Assembly: GCA_028534125.1 (NCBI GenBank)
Contig: CM052817.1
Coordinates: 17,858,001 to 17,922,000 of the forward strand
DNA: 64,000 bases
Reading direction: 5' to 3'
DNA from: Lama glama
Lineage: Eukaryota
In this document: positions 36,798-50,339 of the stretch, piece by piece
How positions within the stretch are numbered: the first letter of the stretch is position 1
Layout of the letters: the number at the start of each line of letters is the position of its first letter
Program-made: the position numbers and the translations under genes
The notes under the pieces: generated by a model
Told to the model about the DNA's origin: nothing
Databases searched by the model: none
What the model saw: the letters and a program-made list of their open reading frames with translations, nothing else

Positions 36798-37242
36798 TGT
36801 AATGGATTGAATGGTGTCCCTCCTCCAAATCATGTCCACCCAGAACTCTAGAATGTGACCTTATTTGGAAATGGGGACTTGGCGGATTCAATTAAGTTAA
36901 GGCTCTCAAAATGAGATCATCTTGGATTTAGGGTGGGCCCTACCTCCAATGACAGGTGTCCTTATAAGAAACAGAGAGGACACAGAGACACACAGCAAAG
37001 GTGACTTGAAGTTGGAGGCAGAGGTTGGGGTGATGTGTCTATAAGCTGAAGAATGCTAAGGTGGTTCGCTCACGGGTTACAAGCATGGAACGGATCCTCC
37101 CTTAGAACCTCCAAAAGGCACAAACCCTGCCAGCACCTTGATTTCAGATTTCTGACCTCCAAAGCTGTGAGAAAATAAATTCCTGCTGTTTCAAGCTACC
37201 CAGTGTGTGGTCATTTTTGTGGCAGCCCTAGGAAACAGACAC
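36798..37242 (+). mobile_element. MaLR solo LTR (MLT1B/C-like)
   Basis: TGTAATGGATTGAATGGTGTCCC start, agaatgtgaccttatttggaaatgggg, AATAAA, ggcagccctaggaaacagacaCA end. Confidence 0.88.
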
Positions 37243-37972
37243 ACCCTTTCCGACCCCACCCTGGCTATTGTCCCACTTACGGAACATGTCACACATCCAG
37301 TTAGTGGTAGAATGGGATTTGAACCTGGTCCTTTTGATGTCTCAATTAAGACTATTTACCTGTTTAGCTTGACGCTTGGAGGAGGAGTTTATGTGGGAGC
37401 ACCTGGTTAGAGTGGAGAATGAAGCAGCTGAAGCAAAAAGCCCCTGAAGTCATCAATCCTGACCATTATCGACTGGATCGGAAAGTTACTGGTTCAGAAC
37501 ACTTGTTGCTTAATTCCCACCCTTCCTCCAAAGAAAAGAAGGGAGAGAGCTGTCTACACAGCCTGTTCCACACAATGAAATGGAAAACTTCTGTTTACCG
37601 CCCTGGCTTGTATCTGCTAGTCCCAAACAGCTAAATAACAGAATTCTCTCATTGCCATCAGGGTGTTTGCTTGACACAGGTGCGGGGAGGGTCAGATGTC
37701 TGCACAGCTGGCTTTGTCGAAGCAAAAAAATTCGAGCGGTGACTCAGAATGTAAAAATCACATTACTTTATACGATATGAATAGCAGTCAAGGCAAGAAT
37801 CCAATTATCTGCAGGTGGAATCAGAAAGCAAAGATTTGCTGTCACAGTCCAGAAGGCGGTCTGTGGTCGTCTGCTTTCCTTCCTCTTCCAGACGATTTAA
37901 CTGGCTGTCAATCAGTCAAACACAGCTGGGAGCACGGAAACCGACCCCAGTGTGTTTAAGAAAGTGAGGTGG

Positions 37973-38312
37973 TGTCTTAGTCCTTCTGAGCGTCTATCAC
38001 AGAATACCATGAACTGAGGGGCTGATAAACAGCAGAAGTTCATTTCTCACAGTTTTGGAAGCTGGGGAGTCCAGGAGCAGCGGGCCTGCGGATTCCGTGG
38101 CTGGCGAGAGCCCGCTTCCGCTCATAGACAGTTGTTTTCTCCGTATCTTCACACGGTGGGGGGGCTGGGGGGGTTCTCCTCTTTTTTAAGGGCACTAATC
38201 CTATTTGTTAGGGCTTCATGCTCATGACCTAAGCACCTCCAGATACCATCACGTTGGAGATCGGCATTTCAACATAAAAATTTAGGGGGCGCATAAACGT
38301 TCAGTCTATAGC
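37973..38312 (-). mobile_element. MaLR solo LTR (MLT1A-like)
   Basis: tgtcttagtcc...cagaataccat...atttctcacagttttggaagctggg...aagggcactaatcc...ttcagtctatagca. Confidence 0.85.
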
Positions 38313-38902
38313 AGAAGGCATTTCAAGTTAGCTAGGGGAAAATAGATTGCTTTTTATTCAACAATTCGTACAGGAGCGATTGTCTATTTGAAAACAGTTG
38401 AGTTCTATTCTTAACCTCACGGCATACTTGAATAGTTAAGTGTCCCTGGTTGCAGACAATCAAACCCTCTCTAGCTGGTTTAAGCAGAAAAGGAAGTTAT
38501 GTTATTGAAGGGAATTAATTGGCTCTGAGACTCTCTCTCTGATGGCCAGGAACCATGCCTGAGGACTAGGCAGCCAGGAGTTACAGCACAGGCCAGCTCG
38601 GATGTCAACACTCTTGAGTACTGACCTCCAGACCTCGCCACTGTAGCTGCACAAACGCTGGGGCCACCGGCACCTCTGCCACCACCGCGTCTGAGGTCGG
38701 GCCACCTGGGCCACCACCCTGCACAGAACGGATCATTGGAGGCCCCTGCTCTGCTTATCACTGGCTTCTAAATTGAAATTTCACAGGGATTGGTAGAGCC
38801 TTGGTCACAGGCTTGAGCCCCATTTGCAAAGCTGAAGAACATCGAGTTTTTGGCTTCTACCATGAGGGAAATACAAACAGATAAGGTGGGAACACTCCCT
38901 AA

Positions 38903-38926
38903 ACACACACACACACACACACACAC
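38903..38926 (+). repeat. (AC)12 microsatellite
   Basis: Direct reading. Confidence 0.95.
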
Positions 38927-40964
38927 TCTAGAAGGATGGTGTCCAAGTCGATGGTCAGCCAAAAACATAGTAAATGTTCACTATAATACTTCAGAATAAA
39001 TTCTAGGAATTACAGAGTCGACTGTAAAAAAAAAGAAAAAAAGAAAAAGTTGCCCTAAAAAGACTAGAAAAAGATACAGGCAAACATTGAATTGATCTTG
39101 GGACAAGACAGGACTTTCTGAGCAAAAAAGCAATAGAAGAAGTCACAAAGGAACAGATCAATAGATTCAACTGCTTAAAAATCCAATTTTTCTCACATTA
39201 AGCAGGCCATGAACCACTTGACTGATCACCCCACGTGGCATTTGCCCCCTTTAATACACGCACATGCATAAGGCCAAAGTCAACAGAATAAAATATATTG
39301 ATAAGATCATCAGCAATCACACAATTTGAGTTTAAATGAAACTATTTCAACCCTCTCAGAATTGCCTAAAATCCAGCTCTGTTCTACCCCAGAGGATTAT
39401 TTATATTTCTAAGGAAGAAGCTTTTGTTTTTCCTAGTCTCTTAAGAACTGCTCTTACATATTTGGAAGTTTAATTATTTTTATTGTCCAAATTACTTTCT
39501 GTCTTTTAGAGGAATTTAAGTTAATCCATGTCTAGACTTATGAGATTCTTTTAATTAGAAAGAGGCATGACTTGGGTCACAATGTGGACGTTTCCTGCCG
39601 TTCCCTTAGCTCTGTTTACAAGGTTACTGCTAAATGTATTATTGCTGAAGTGGAGACCGACGTGGCGCAGTCAAAAAGAATCCTTTTTATTCCTTTCATT
39701 GCAGCTTCTGGGGAACACTGGGACTTAGCTCCTGTGGCTAGCTAGGGTCTGACAAGTGCTTTTTACTGACAACATAAAATATGTGCTTTATGTTTTTTTG
39801 ACTTCTTGTTAGATTTCAAATGTATCATTCAGATGATAATCAACTGAATCGTCAAAGAAAATGGAGAAGGAGAGCAAATCAGGGACTTGACACAGAGGAG
39901 GGCTGCAGGGTGTGAGGCTGGTGGCCTGAGCCTGCGCAGTGCAGATGTGGAGGGCGCAGCCCACTCCGCGGCAGGTGAAGGGGTGAACAATACCCTACAG
40001 GTGGGGAGGAGGTAAAGAAGAGCTGTCTGATCAGTGGGATCTTAATTGCTTCAAGAGGTGAAGTGATGTTTCCGAAGTCGTGCGGTCTAGAGGGGGCAGC
40101 AGTGGGACTCACACCCAGTTCTCTCTAATACTGTTGCTTGAACTCTTTCCACGTCATCTTATTTTCTGTGTCTCTTCCCATCTTTTACTGTTCAGATAAG
40201 CAATCTTTAAGACTTAAGGGTTTCATCTGCCTTTTATTGGTTTCTCCAGCCTTTTATTCTCTATAAACACAGTGCTCTAATAGTATTTAAATGTTATTTG
40301 AGAGGCTGTTAGACAGATTGGAGCCAGACTACCTTGGTTCAAAGTTCATCTCTATCAATTACTGGCTTTTGTTGATGGGATTACACCAAATTTAACTTTT
40401 TCTTTTATACTTTTCTGTATTTTCTGATTTTTAAAGTTATTTTTGCTCCTATTGTCATAGAAATAAGAAAGCCATTACAAATAAAAAGTAGCTCAGAACT
40501 CTTTATTAATTTGGGATTTATGGATTCACCAGAAGTCTCAACTCCAATATCAATCTTTGCTTACCCCCAGCTCAACTCATCTGTCCCTAGTGGACCAAGA
40601 GAACACCTATTCATAGTCCTTAATGATGGTTTCTCCACTGTTGGAAGGCTATTAGGATGTTTCTCCCCCATTACTTGAGGAAAATGACACCAGTTTTGTT
40701 AATCTTTTCTCCTAGAGCCAATTTTCCCAATTCTTTCATCATGTTAACACTTCCTATTGGCAACCCCACCAATTATGAAAAATAATTACATTTCACTCAA
40801 CTCCTGCAGCAGACATTTGGAGAGTCTGAAATACAAGCTTACCAGATCACTTGTATCTGAGAAAGGGCTAAATAAGGCATCGTGACTCAGTGGGCCCCTG
40901 GAGGCCTCCAGCAATGCTTATATCACCAACACACTTTAAGTTGTTCCTGCAGCTCTTATCCAGG

Positions 40965-42001
40965 TGTCATCAAACTCAAGTTCAGCTGCTCACTGCTCAA
41001 AAGCCAATAAACAAAAGGCAAGTGTCAATAGAAAGGAAAGATGCTTTAGTCAGAAAGCCAGCAATCCGGGGAGAAGGTGGGTTATGTCCCAAGACTAACC
41101 CTGAAGATTCTGCTCAGCCATGACAGTTTTTAAAGGGAAAAATGAGGGGAAGAATCTCCGCCAATCACTGAGGCAGGAGGTTGGGTTCTGCATCATTCTG
41201 CATTGCACGCAGACTGGCTGACTCTCTCTTCAGATGTTGTCTTGCCCTCATGATCTGCCTGTAGGATTGCTAAGGGGGCTATTGGGAGTAGAGAGCAAAT
41301 AATTCTTTAACTACTTATTTCTTCTTTTCATTTAAGAAAAGAATCAACAGGTTAGGCAAGGCATGGTATGCATTCAGGAGAGCATAAGTCAGGAGATAGT
41401 TTCAATTGCTTAGTAATCTCATTCCAATAACTAGGTTCTTTTAAGGTTAGAGGGGGACAGAAATGAGCAAACAGGAAAGGGGCAAAGAGCTACTTTCAAT
41501 TCCCCACTGTCAAACATCATTCCATTTCTATGGGCTTAGGGGCAAAAGTCCATCTTCTGTAACTTCTTCATGCTGATACAGAGTATCGTAGCCTCAGAGT
41601 GGAAGAAGTCAACATAGGTCTGCAGCATCTCTTTGCTGACAGTTTTGGTTGCCCACTTCTATAAGAGCAGAGCAAGCTACAATTATTTTGATATCCACAA
41701 AGATATAGATTATAATGAGCAGTAGTGTTAATCCTGTTCTCTTGAGGCCAGTTCTTGGAACTGTGCTGGCCACGGATTCAGTGCTGTCCAAGGTGGAGTT
41801 GCTTATGCCATGCCTATAGTCTGGTCATCAGTTAGCTTTTTTTCCCCCTCTAGTGGCAGTTATAGTACCTGTAAAACAACTCAGATATGTGCATCAGACA
41901 TTGAGTCTGTGACTCTATTGTCCTAATCATTAACTGCTCAGTTTTGTACTTGGTGGCGGGGATGGGGGTGGAGGGGGGCCTCTAGGATTCTGCTTGGTCC
42001 A
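40965..42001 (-). mobile_element. ERV1-class solo LTR, ~1.04 kb
   Basis: TG...CA termini with 4-bp TSD CAGG (40961-40964 and 42002-42005); LTR-like U5 end (tgtcatcaaactcaagttc...aaagccaataaac); family name not determined. Confidence 0.7.
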
Positions 42002-42270
42002 CAGGAGCAGGCTTTAACTTCTGTTACCATGAGACTTGGGGACCAGAATGCTCCATTGCCAATTGTTCTTCCTTCATAGTAATAATAGTTCTAATGACTA
42101 TATCATAAATGATAACAAAATGACCATACTGCTATGTGATTATTATTGCTATTATTACAATTGATTCTTTTTTTAATTGAAGTATAGTTAGTTTACAATG
42201 TTGTATACAATTGATTCTTATCATTTGCAATAGTTATGTTCCAAAGACCTGCTGAGAACTTAAAATTAGT

Positions 42271-42841
42271 TGATACTAAAACCGATAAGAACCCTGTGGA
42301 GCCCTTGCAGGAACAAAGCCTTTCCATTTCCCCAGTTTATTATTTGCAGGATAAAGGTTTCAGCCTCCTAGGCCTTCCTGAATACAAAAGAGCAGATTCA
42401 AACAGCTGCTAATCAGGGAAGTCAGGGAATGCAGGAGCAAAGGAGGAACAATCAAGAAAGGCGAGCGCAGCTGTTAAAGCAGGGTCCTGGCTCCTCCTCA
42501 AGGGAGATACATGACAATATCTTTGAGTTCTTCTGCAGGAACTAAGGCCCCCACCCAGGCAGGGGATGTAACTTCACGCTGAGCAGGATTCATGGAACAC
42601 TGCCCTGTGACCCTTGCTGCCAACCGATCAGAAGAAAGTCACACACCTTGCAGCCCTCACACCAAATTTTGCCTATAGAAACTTCTCCCTGAAAACCATC
42701 AGGGAGTTTGGGCTTTTTGAGCATGAGCCACCCATTCTCCTTCTTTGGCTCTGGAACAAACCTTTCTCTGCTCCAGACTCCAACATTTTGGTTCCTTTAA
42801 CCTCACTGTACGTTGGGTGCACAAACCTGTGTTCAGTAACA
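42271..42841 (+). mobile_element. ERV1-class solo LTR inserted in MER82
   Basis: Starts TGATACTAAAACC and ends GTTCAGTAACA (imperfect terminal inverted repeat); TATA-like cctataga near 42673; interrupts the MER82 consensus. Confidence 0.75.
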
Positions 42842-43067
42842 ATACTGAACCATTGTTCCTAGAGGAAATACGTTACAAACCTGCAAGTCTCTAGTCACAA
42901 CATTTTCATCAATTGATCAATATATACCTTATTTCATGTGTATTTCTATTTAAAGACACCTTAATTGGCATGTCTTGTTGATTCATTAACATTGAACTCA
43001 TGGCCAATAGCACCGTAACTCATACCTGAATGACTCTGAGCTCACACATGTGTTTTCTCCGCAGGGC

Positions 43068-44981
43068 GGAGATTAGGCTCTTGTCTCATCACAGAAAGAA
43101 TTCAGAGAAAAGACACAGAGGTCAAGAAAGTTAAGTGAAGATTTATTAGGGGATAGAGAGTGTGTGTTCAAGGGGAGAGTGGGCTGGCTAAGGTGAGTGG
43201 CTGTACTGAGTTTCTTTGGCAAGTTGGTTATACAGAGTGTAAAAATGAATGGGTGGAATATACAAAAATATACAAATATACAAAAATAAACTCAAAATGA
43301 ATTGAAGACCTAAATATAAGACCAGATACTATAAAACTCCTAGAGGAGAACATAGGCAGAACACTATGACATAAATTGCAGCAATATATTTTCTAAACCA
43401 GCTTCTAGAGAAATGGAAATAAAAGCAAAAATAAACAAATGGAGCCTAATTAAACTTAAAAGCTTTTGCATAGCTAAGGATACCATCAACAAAATGAAAA
43501 GACGACCTGCATAATGGGAGAAAATATTTGCAAATGATGTGACTGACAAGGGACTAATTTCTAAAATATACTAACGGTTCGTATAACTTAATATTAAAAA
43601 AACAAGCAACCCAATCAAAAAATGGGCAGAAGACCTAAATAGACATTTCTCCAAAAAGAGCATCCAGATGGCCAATAGGCACATGAAAAGATGTTCAATT
43701 TTGCTAATTATTAGAGAAATGCAAATCAAAACTACAATGAGGTATTACCTCACACCAGTTAGAATGGCCATCTTTAAAAAGTCTACAAATAATAAATGCT
43801 TGAGGATGTGAATAAAAAGGCACCCTCCTATACTGTTGATGGGAGTGTAAATTGGTCCAGCCACTGTGGAGGACAGCATGGTGGTCCCTTAAAAAACTGA
43901 AAGTAGAGTTACCATATGATCCAGCAACCCCACTCCTGGACATAAATCCAGAGAAAACTCTAATTTGAAAAGACCCATGCACCCTAATGTTCACATCAGC
44001 ACTATTTACAACAGCCAAGACACGGAAACAGCCTAAATGTCTGTCGACAGACAACTGGATAAAGAAGATGTGGCATATATATACAATAGAACATCACTCG
44101 TCCATTAAAAAAAGAATAAAATAATGCCATTTGCAGCAACATGGATGGATCTAGAGATTATCATGTTAAGTGAAGTAAGGCAGACAGAAAAAGACAAATA
44201 TGATGTTGCTTATATGTGAAATCTGAAAAACATTTACAAATTTTATTTACAGACCAGAAATAGACTCACAGACATAGAAGACAAACTATTATTACCAGAG
44301 GGCAAGGGGAGGAGAGGGATTGATTAGAAGTTTGGGATTAACAGATACACATTACTATATATAAATAGATAAACAACAAGGACCTACTGGATAGCACAGG
44401 AAACTATATTCAATTTCTTGTAATGAGTTCTAGTAGAAAAGAAACTGAAAATGTATATATATATATATATCTGTGTATGTATGTGTATAACTGAATTGCC
44501 TTACTGTTCACCTGAAACTAATGTAAATCAACTACACTTCAATAAAAAATAAGAATTTTTAAAAAATGAATGAAGGGAATATTCACTGGAGAGGAAGGGG
44601 TTTGGGGTCATATTCCCTGATTTTCATCCCAACTCCACCTTCCTGAGGGACAGAGGGACTTTTGTCCTTATTTAGTCTGGATCGGAAGTGTCATGGTGTC
44701 AGTTCATGATGGGTACTTCTAATCTGCAAGGCTAATTTTATTGTAATGAGGGCATAATGAGCAAAAAGTTACATTCGGACACGAGATTCCTGCCTTTTTC
44801 CACCTTTCTTTGCCTGCCTCCAGGACACTTGTCACCACAAAATATGTGCTTTCTTATGAGTCCCAAGGTTCCTACTTTTCTCTGCCCAAGGACCCCCATT
44901 GTTCACATGCTGCATGGTTTCCTGCCATCTGGCCTGCCTCACCCTTTCTCTGCTCATATCTAGCTATCTGCCTCTCTAACA
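43068..44981 (-). mobile_element. ERV1-class LTR inserted in MER82 and itself split by an L1
   Basis: Minus strand begins TGTTAGAGAGGCAGATAGCTAGATATGAGC; AATAAA on the minus strand at ~43142-43147; the halves rejoin across the L1 TSD. Confidence 0.75.
43262..44560 (+). mobile_element. 5'-truncated L1 (ORF2 C-terminus relic plus 3' UTR and A-tail), ~1.3 kb
   Basis: Translates to KINSK*IEDLNIRPDTIKLLEENIGRTL, with stops; later the L1 motifs gaaatgcaaatcaaaactacaatgag and ccatatgatccagcaaccccactcctgg; TSD aaaatgaatg...ggaatat on both sides. Confidence 0.93.
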
Positions 44982-47009
44982 CTTGCACTTAGGAAGACTA
45001 GACAGCCCTTCACCATTACACACGGGGACTATTTTAAAGAGAGACATTATTGACAAAAAGCACAAAAATGCAAAAATCATAGCTCTAAATAGACTGCATA
45101 AGGGCACTTGTTTACAGCACGAGAGCTGAAGCCAGAAGGCAGAGCACTGACTTGTTCCACCTCAGCCGGACACGTGTGCATGGAGTTCCTGATTTAGAGA
45201 CAAATACATATGACGAGAGCAAACAAATATTGGCTAAAAAAAGAACTCCTTTGCCTTATTTCTCAATTAGCTCAGAACTTATTGGGTCCTGGCATGGACC
45301 CCAACACAAGGTAGGAGCTTGATTGAAGCCCCTGGAATCTGAAATGGTTGAAATTTTCATCTCTTGACTCCTGAAATTACCTGAGCTACTCCTTTTTCAA
45401 ACACATAGAGTTTTTCAGAGAAAGGAGATGCCTTTTTAGAGCAAACTGTGAGGGAAGCCCCCCAGCAGGTCGCAGTAACCTGTCAGGCTTGTCTTGCAAT
45501 TTCGTTGTGCTAACTGCACTTGCAGGGGCTGGCTTTAACACACCAGGACCACGCGTGTCACTGTCCTCAGGTTTGCAGACTTAACAGGTCTCCCTGGTTA
45601 TATTAGGACTAAATAGTGTCTAAACACTGAACAGGAACTGTTTGGTCATTGCAAGTTGGATATATTTTCTTTATTTCATTTCAGAGCAATTATCTCCCCA
45701 GGGCACTTCATGGTCAGAGAAGATCTTCCTGGGGAGCGATAGATAGCTTTCACAGTTTGGCAGTGTTTGTGCAGGATTGGGTTTGGAGGTGGCTGAAATG
45801 AAGTGAAATCTAAACTCATTTTCATTCCAAGCTCTTAGTTTACCTTAAATCAGCAGCAGGCTGCCTGCAACAGTCTAACCCAGAGGCATATAAAAGGAAA
45901 AAAGTCCGGGTTAGATTTCTAGCAAATGTATTCTCTTGGTAGGACCTCTCTTCAAAGCCTTTTGTTAATTATAAACATAAGTTGAAAACCATCTTTATTT
46001 CTTTATTTACAGTTTAGAAGCAGCTTGGACATCTCTGTTCTAGAATAGAATGAAGGCATAAGAGCTTTCGTGTTGAACGTTTAGTCTGTCTGAGCACAGT
46101 GTTAGGTGCTTTCCCAGATAATATTCCATTAATTACGTATTATGACTCCATTTTACTGATAAAGACACCAAGGTTTAAATCTATAAGTAATTTGCCCATA
46201 GCAGCTCAGTTAGTAACGGGAAAAATGAAAGGTGAATTGAAGTTCCTACATCAGTAGGATAAGAATTTTTCTTGGACCTAAGGTCAAAGGCATGGCAAAT
46301 TGAACTATATTAAACAAACGAACAACAACAAAAACTTTTTACAAAACCATCATAAGCAAAGCAATCTGTCAAGGGCTTCTACATTTCAAAGTGAGATGCT
46401 AGACCATCTATTCAGGTCTTGCAAAAGATATTTTGAAAAACCCCAAAATGATGTTTTGTGACCACAAGATGAATGATCTGAAGAGTCAGCGTTGAGGAGA
46501 GAGGTTTGCACCTGCTACGTGTTCTCTCTTCCTTCGGTGAGGACGGGAAGCAGAGTGCTGCCTTCCCACCCTAAGCCACATTCTGCAGGTTGCAAAAGAG
46601 CATGTCCTCTGGAGTTGAAGAAGCACAGGGCTTTGTATTTGACCCACTTCTGGAAAATTCTACAGGCAGGTGGCTACATGATGACGCCTGAGGTGACTGA
46701 GTAGAAATCACACTGGGGAGTAAAATGTAGTTCATTGATGCAGAGCACAGATGCTTCCTGGGGGACCAGCTGCGGGACAAATTAGAAGGATCCAGGTTGG
46801 AGTTATCTTGGGCTCCCCACCCAAGAAAACCTAGAGGGGTAAGTGGACAGCCAGATGCCCCCAGGCTTAGAGGAATTATAAGTAGCCAGTGAGGGGGGAT
46901 CCTCCACGCTGAGCAAGCTGTGAACACATGGGGCATCTCTGGGGAATCCACGAAAGCACCCATGGGAGAGAGAATCAGCTTTGGGAATCTCCATATACTA
47001 GAGACAGTG

Positions 47010-47360
47010 CTATGCATTCCAACTCTGGATACACAGACCACACTTCCCAGCTGCCCTTGCAGTTCGGTGGGATCATGTGACTGAGTTACAGCCAGTGGAG
47101 TGTGGGCAGGAGTGATGTGACAGACACCTTTCCAACTAAAGTACATCCCCAGGATCCTCAGTGCCTTTTCTTTTTTCCACCAAGAACAGAGCAGGGTGAG
47201 ACCCTAGAAGATGGAGAAGCGACAGACTGGAAGAAGTGGGGGCTTTGAATGACTGTGTGGAGCCGAGTCCTGCTGCCCCACCCCACTCACATTTCTCAAT
47301 AAATATTCACTCTAATTTGGGGTTGTTGTTTTTGCAGCTAGTGTAAACCTCATTAGTATA
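47010..47360 (+). mobile_element. MaLR LTR (MLT1J-like)
   Basis: cacacttcccagctgcccttgcagtt...atcatgtgactgagttacagccagtggagtgtgggcaggagtgatg. Confidence 0.72.
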
Positions 47361-48105
47361 CTTGGACACCTAGTGGACAGCATTACCAGATTTTATTTGT
47401 GACAAAAACTAAGACTTTTAATGTTCCTTACCTTTATTTCCTTCCTCCCCACCCCAGCCCTCCAATCCTGGAGAACTCAGAGGCAGACTTTGTGTGAAGC
47501 AGGGAGTGAAGGAGCAAGGAAGGAAAATAAGAAGTAGCCATACTTGCCCTGTCCTGGGCCCACTGCAAACCTCCAACCTGTGGTTGGACGGGGAGGGGAC
47601 ATCTTTAGATAGGATAAAAATATGACAATTTTAATATTCCTCTGAGCTGGATATTCAGGCTGATACAATAGGGTCAGCCTTGTAATTAAAATTCCTGAAG
47701 GTGTTTTTATTATCTCAATGTCTGGGGGAAAAAGTACAAGAATAGCTTGAGATTTCATCCAGAGCAGAGAACAGTGACAGAAAAAAATAAAGTTATGTTT
47801 TAAAGTTGTGCTTTTCCTGTATCTTAGAGAGTCAAGTTCATTTAACACCCATGTCAACACATTTAAATTGTTTCCAGTTTATTGCTACAAACAATGCTTC
47901 AATGAATAACTTTACACATATATTATTTTATAGGCATGTGAGTATAGATGTGTGATAAATTTCTGAAATTGGAATTGCTGGTTCAAAAGATTTGTGTGTT
48001 TGTGATTTTGATAAACGCTACTAAATTACCCTCCATATAAATTGCCCTCCAATTTACTCTAGTCAGTGGGCAGAGAATTTGTTTCCCCATGCCTTCTTTA
48101 TAGTT

Positions 48106-48564
48106 TGTATTCATTTTCTCAGGCCATTATAAGAAATTATCAAAAACTTAATGGCTTAAAACAATGGAAATTTATTCTTGCACAGTTCTGGGGGCCAGAA
48201 GTCTAAAACCAAGAAGTGGGCAGGGCCAAGCTGCCTCCACAGTTTCTAGGGGAGAACCCTTCCTTGCCTCTTCTAGGGTCTGGTGGCTCCTTGGCTTGTG
48301 GTTGCATCACTCCAGTCTCTGCCTCCATCTTCACATGGCCTTGTGCTTGTCTGACTGTGTAATGCTCCTCTGTCTCCCCCTTATAAGGACACTTGTCATT
48401 GAGTTTAGGACCCTCCTCGATAATTTGAGATGATTTTCTCATCTCAAGATGTTCAACCTAATTACACCTGCAAAGACCCTTTTCCCAAATAAGGTAACAT
48501 TCACAGGTTCCAGGGATCAGGGCAAAGGCCTATCTCTTTGGGAGCCACTATTCAACCCATTACA
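48106..48564 (-). mobile_element. MaLR solo LTR (MLT1C-like)
   Basis: atggcttaaaacaatggaaatttattcttgcacagttctgggggccagaagtc...ttttcccaaataaggtaacattcacaggttcc...ttcaacccattaca. Confidence 0.88.
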
Positions 48565-50339
48565 AGTTTACTAAAACTTTAAAAACTCTTTACTAACCTT
48601 ACAGATGAAAATATAGGTTCTAGGTATTTTAGCCATAAAGCATCTTTGCCACAAGCATTTTTGTCACCTAAAAATGCCTACCCTTCTTACATCTGTGGCC
48701 TCACACCTATGCCCTTCCTCTCCAGCATCTTTGGTTCCCCTTGGTGCCTCTTCCTTCCTATCCAACCCTGCACACCTCCATCCTGTCTCAAAATCAAACA
48801 CATAAGAGCATCCTCATTTGCTCCTGTAACCTCCTCTGGCTAAGATTCTATTTCTCTCATTTTTATTTCCAAATTTCTGGGCCAAGTGGGCATCAAATGG
48901 TTCCTCTGTGGTAAGAATAATTGCACATTTATTGTCATATTTTCCCATAAAAACTAAAACAATGAAACACAAAAGAGGCACAATAAAAAGATGTAATGAA
49001 ACATGAAAATGAATAATAAGATTTGAAAGACTTTATTGCAAGACACAAAATACACTTGAAACATTTAAAATGTATATAGATTCATGGCTATACTATGCAA
49101 ATAACTAATTTTATTTTGTTGGTCAATCCTACCCCCTTGTCTTCCAAGTCTTTTTTTCCCCCCCAAACAATGATAGTCTTTATTTCTCCCTTGAAACAAG
49201 CCCTAAATGGGTAACTCACCAATTGTGGGTCAGTGTCTCTGGCTCACAAGAGAGCAAAGGACAGCCAACTTGTTCTGAAGAATGGGGCGTTGACCAGACT
49301 CTCCAAAGGGGGCTTCTCATGTCAGTGTATTGCTGACAAGTCTTTTGTTCATGGTAGTTTATATACATGTTTTTTGCTTATTGATTTGTGTCCTTTGCTG
49401 AAATTTCTTCCTTCATTAAAAGATACTAGTTTCCACTACTGAGTGAGAGTCAGCACTTTAATGATATCCCCATATGTTGGATGTGTATGAAAGTTTAATA
49501 CTCTGGTCATATTCCACTTTCACTACTAAACATAAAATGTATATTTTCTCATTAAAAAAAGAGAGGCATCAGTTTCCAAATGGAAGGGTGCACATTTGTA
49601 ACTGAGCTTTGCATCTTGTTGTGAAAGCCTCTACGGTTTCTTGTTCTCGGCATATTGTCACATGTTTTTTAACAGACCTTCCAAAGTTCTATGGGAGATG
49701 TGGGGTCAACTCATGACTTTGAGGCCCTTAGACTCTTTCTCGTCCAACATAGTGTGTTTCAAAATAAGAAACCATCTCTTGGGGAAAATCATCATCATCT
49801 GTCAGCCCCACGAAGCCATCAATAATGTCACTACCTGGAAGAAATGCTAACATATTTCAACTAGTTGAAACCAAACTTTCAAAACAAACTGTCAACCAAT
49901 TATTTTAACTTTCACAGTAAAATTACCTGAAGGATTAGTTAAGTGGCAAAAAAACTCATGGTAAAGATGTTTATGGCAGGGAAACTTAAGCAAAAATACT
50001 GGACACAGAAAAAAAGGTAATCTCTGTATCCTTTTATAAATGCTCTTACTCCTTGATCTCTGTGACTTCACTCTCTCTCTCTCTCTGGAGTCCTTTTCTG
50101 ACTGTTCCTTTTCAGTCGCGTTTTCTGGTCTCCCCTCATTTCCTCCTGTCCCTCCCCAGGGTGCTCTCTTCAGAGCTCCTGTCTCCTCTGTCTTCACGCT
50201 TTTCCTCCATCCGACCTCAACCAGTCTTATGGTTTTAAATACCAACTTTATGTGCCCACACGCCCGCATTTATATCCCCTGCTCCAGCTTTTCTCCTGTA
50301 CCCGGTCTACATCCAGACTCAGCATTTCTGCTTGGATGT

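Larger units (their letters stand above)
42208..45183 (+). mobile_element. MER82-like TcMar-Tigger DNA transposon split into three pieces (42208-42270, 42842-43067, 44982-45183)
   Basis: Segments match my recollection of the MER82 consensus in order: tagttatgttc...aattag | atactgaaccattgttcctag...cattaacattgaactcatggccaa...ttttctccg | cttgcacttagg...aaaagcacaaaaatgc...gagagctgaagccagaaggcagagc. Confidence 0.82.

Noticed and set aside
40084..40102. CTCF-like AGGGGGCAGC core; similar at 23141-23155
   Set aside because: The 5' half of the motif matches poorly; cannot be supported without a PWM scan or ChIP data.
43364..44054. Minus-strand ORFs 43364..43549 and 43704..44054
   Set aside because: Antisense frames of L1 ORF2, a common artefact; the sense frame has stops and is 5'-truncated.
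46571..47146. 191-aa minus-strand ORF; also 36069..36578, 26184..26699 and 53542..54059
   Set aside because: They overlap MaLR/ERVL LTR relics, show no domain or coding-like composition, and have no supporting splice structure.
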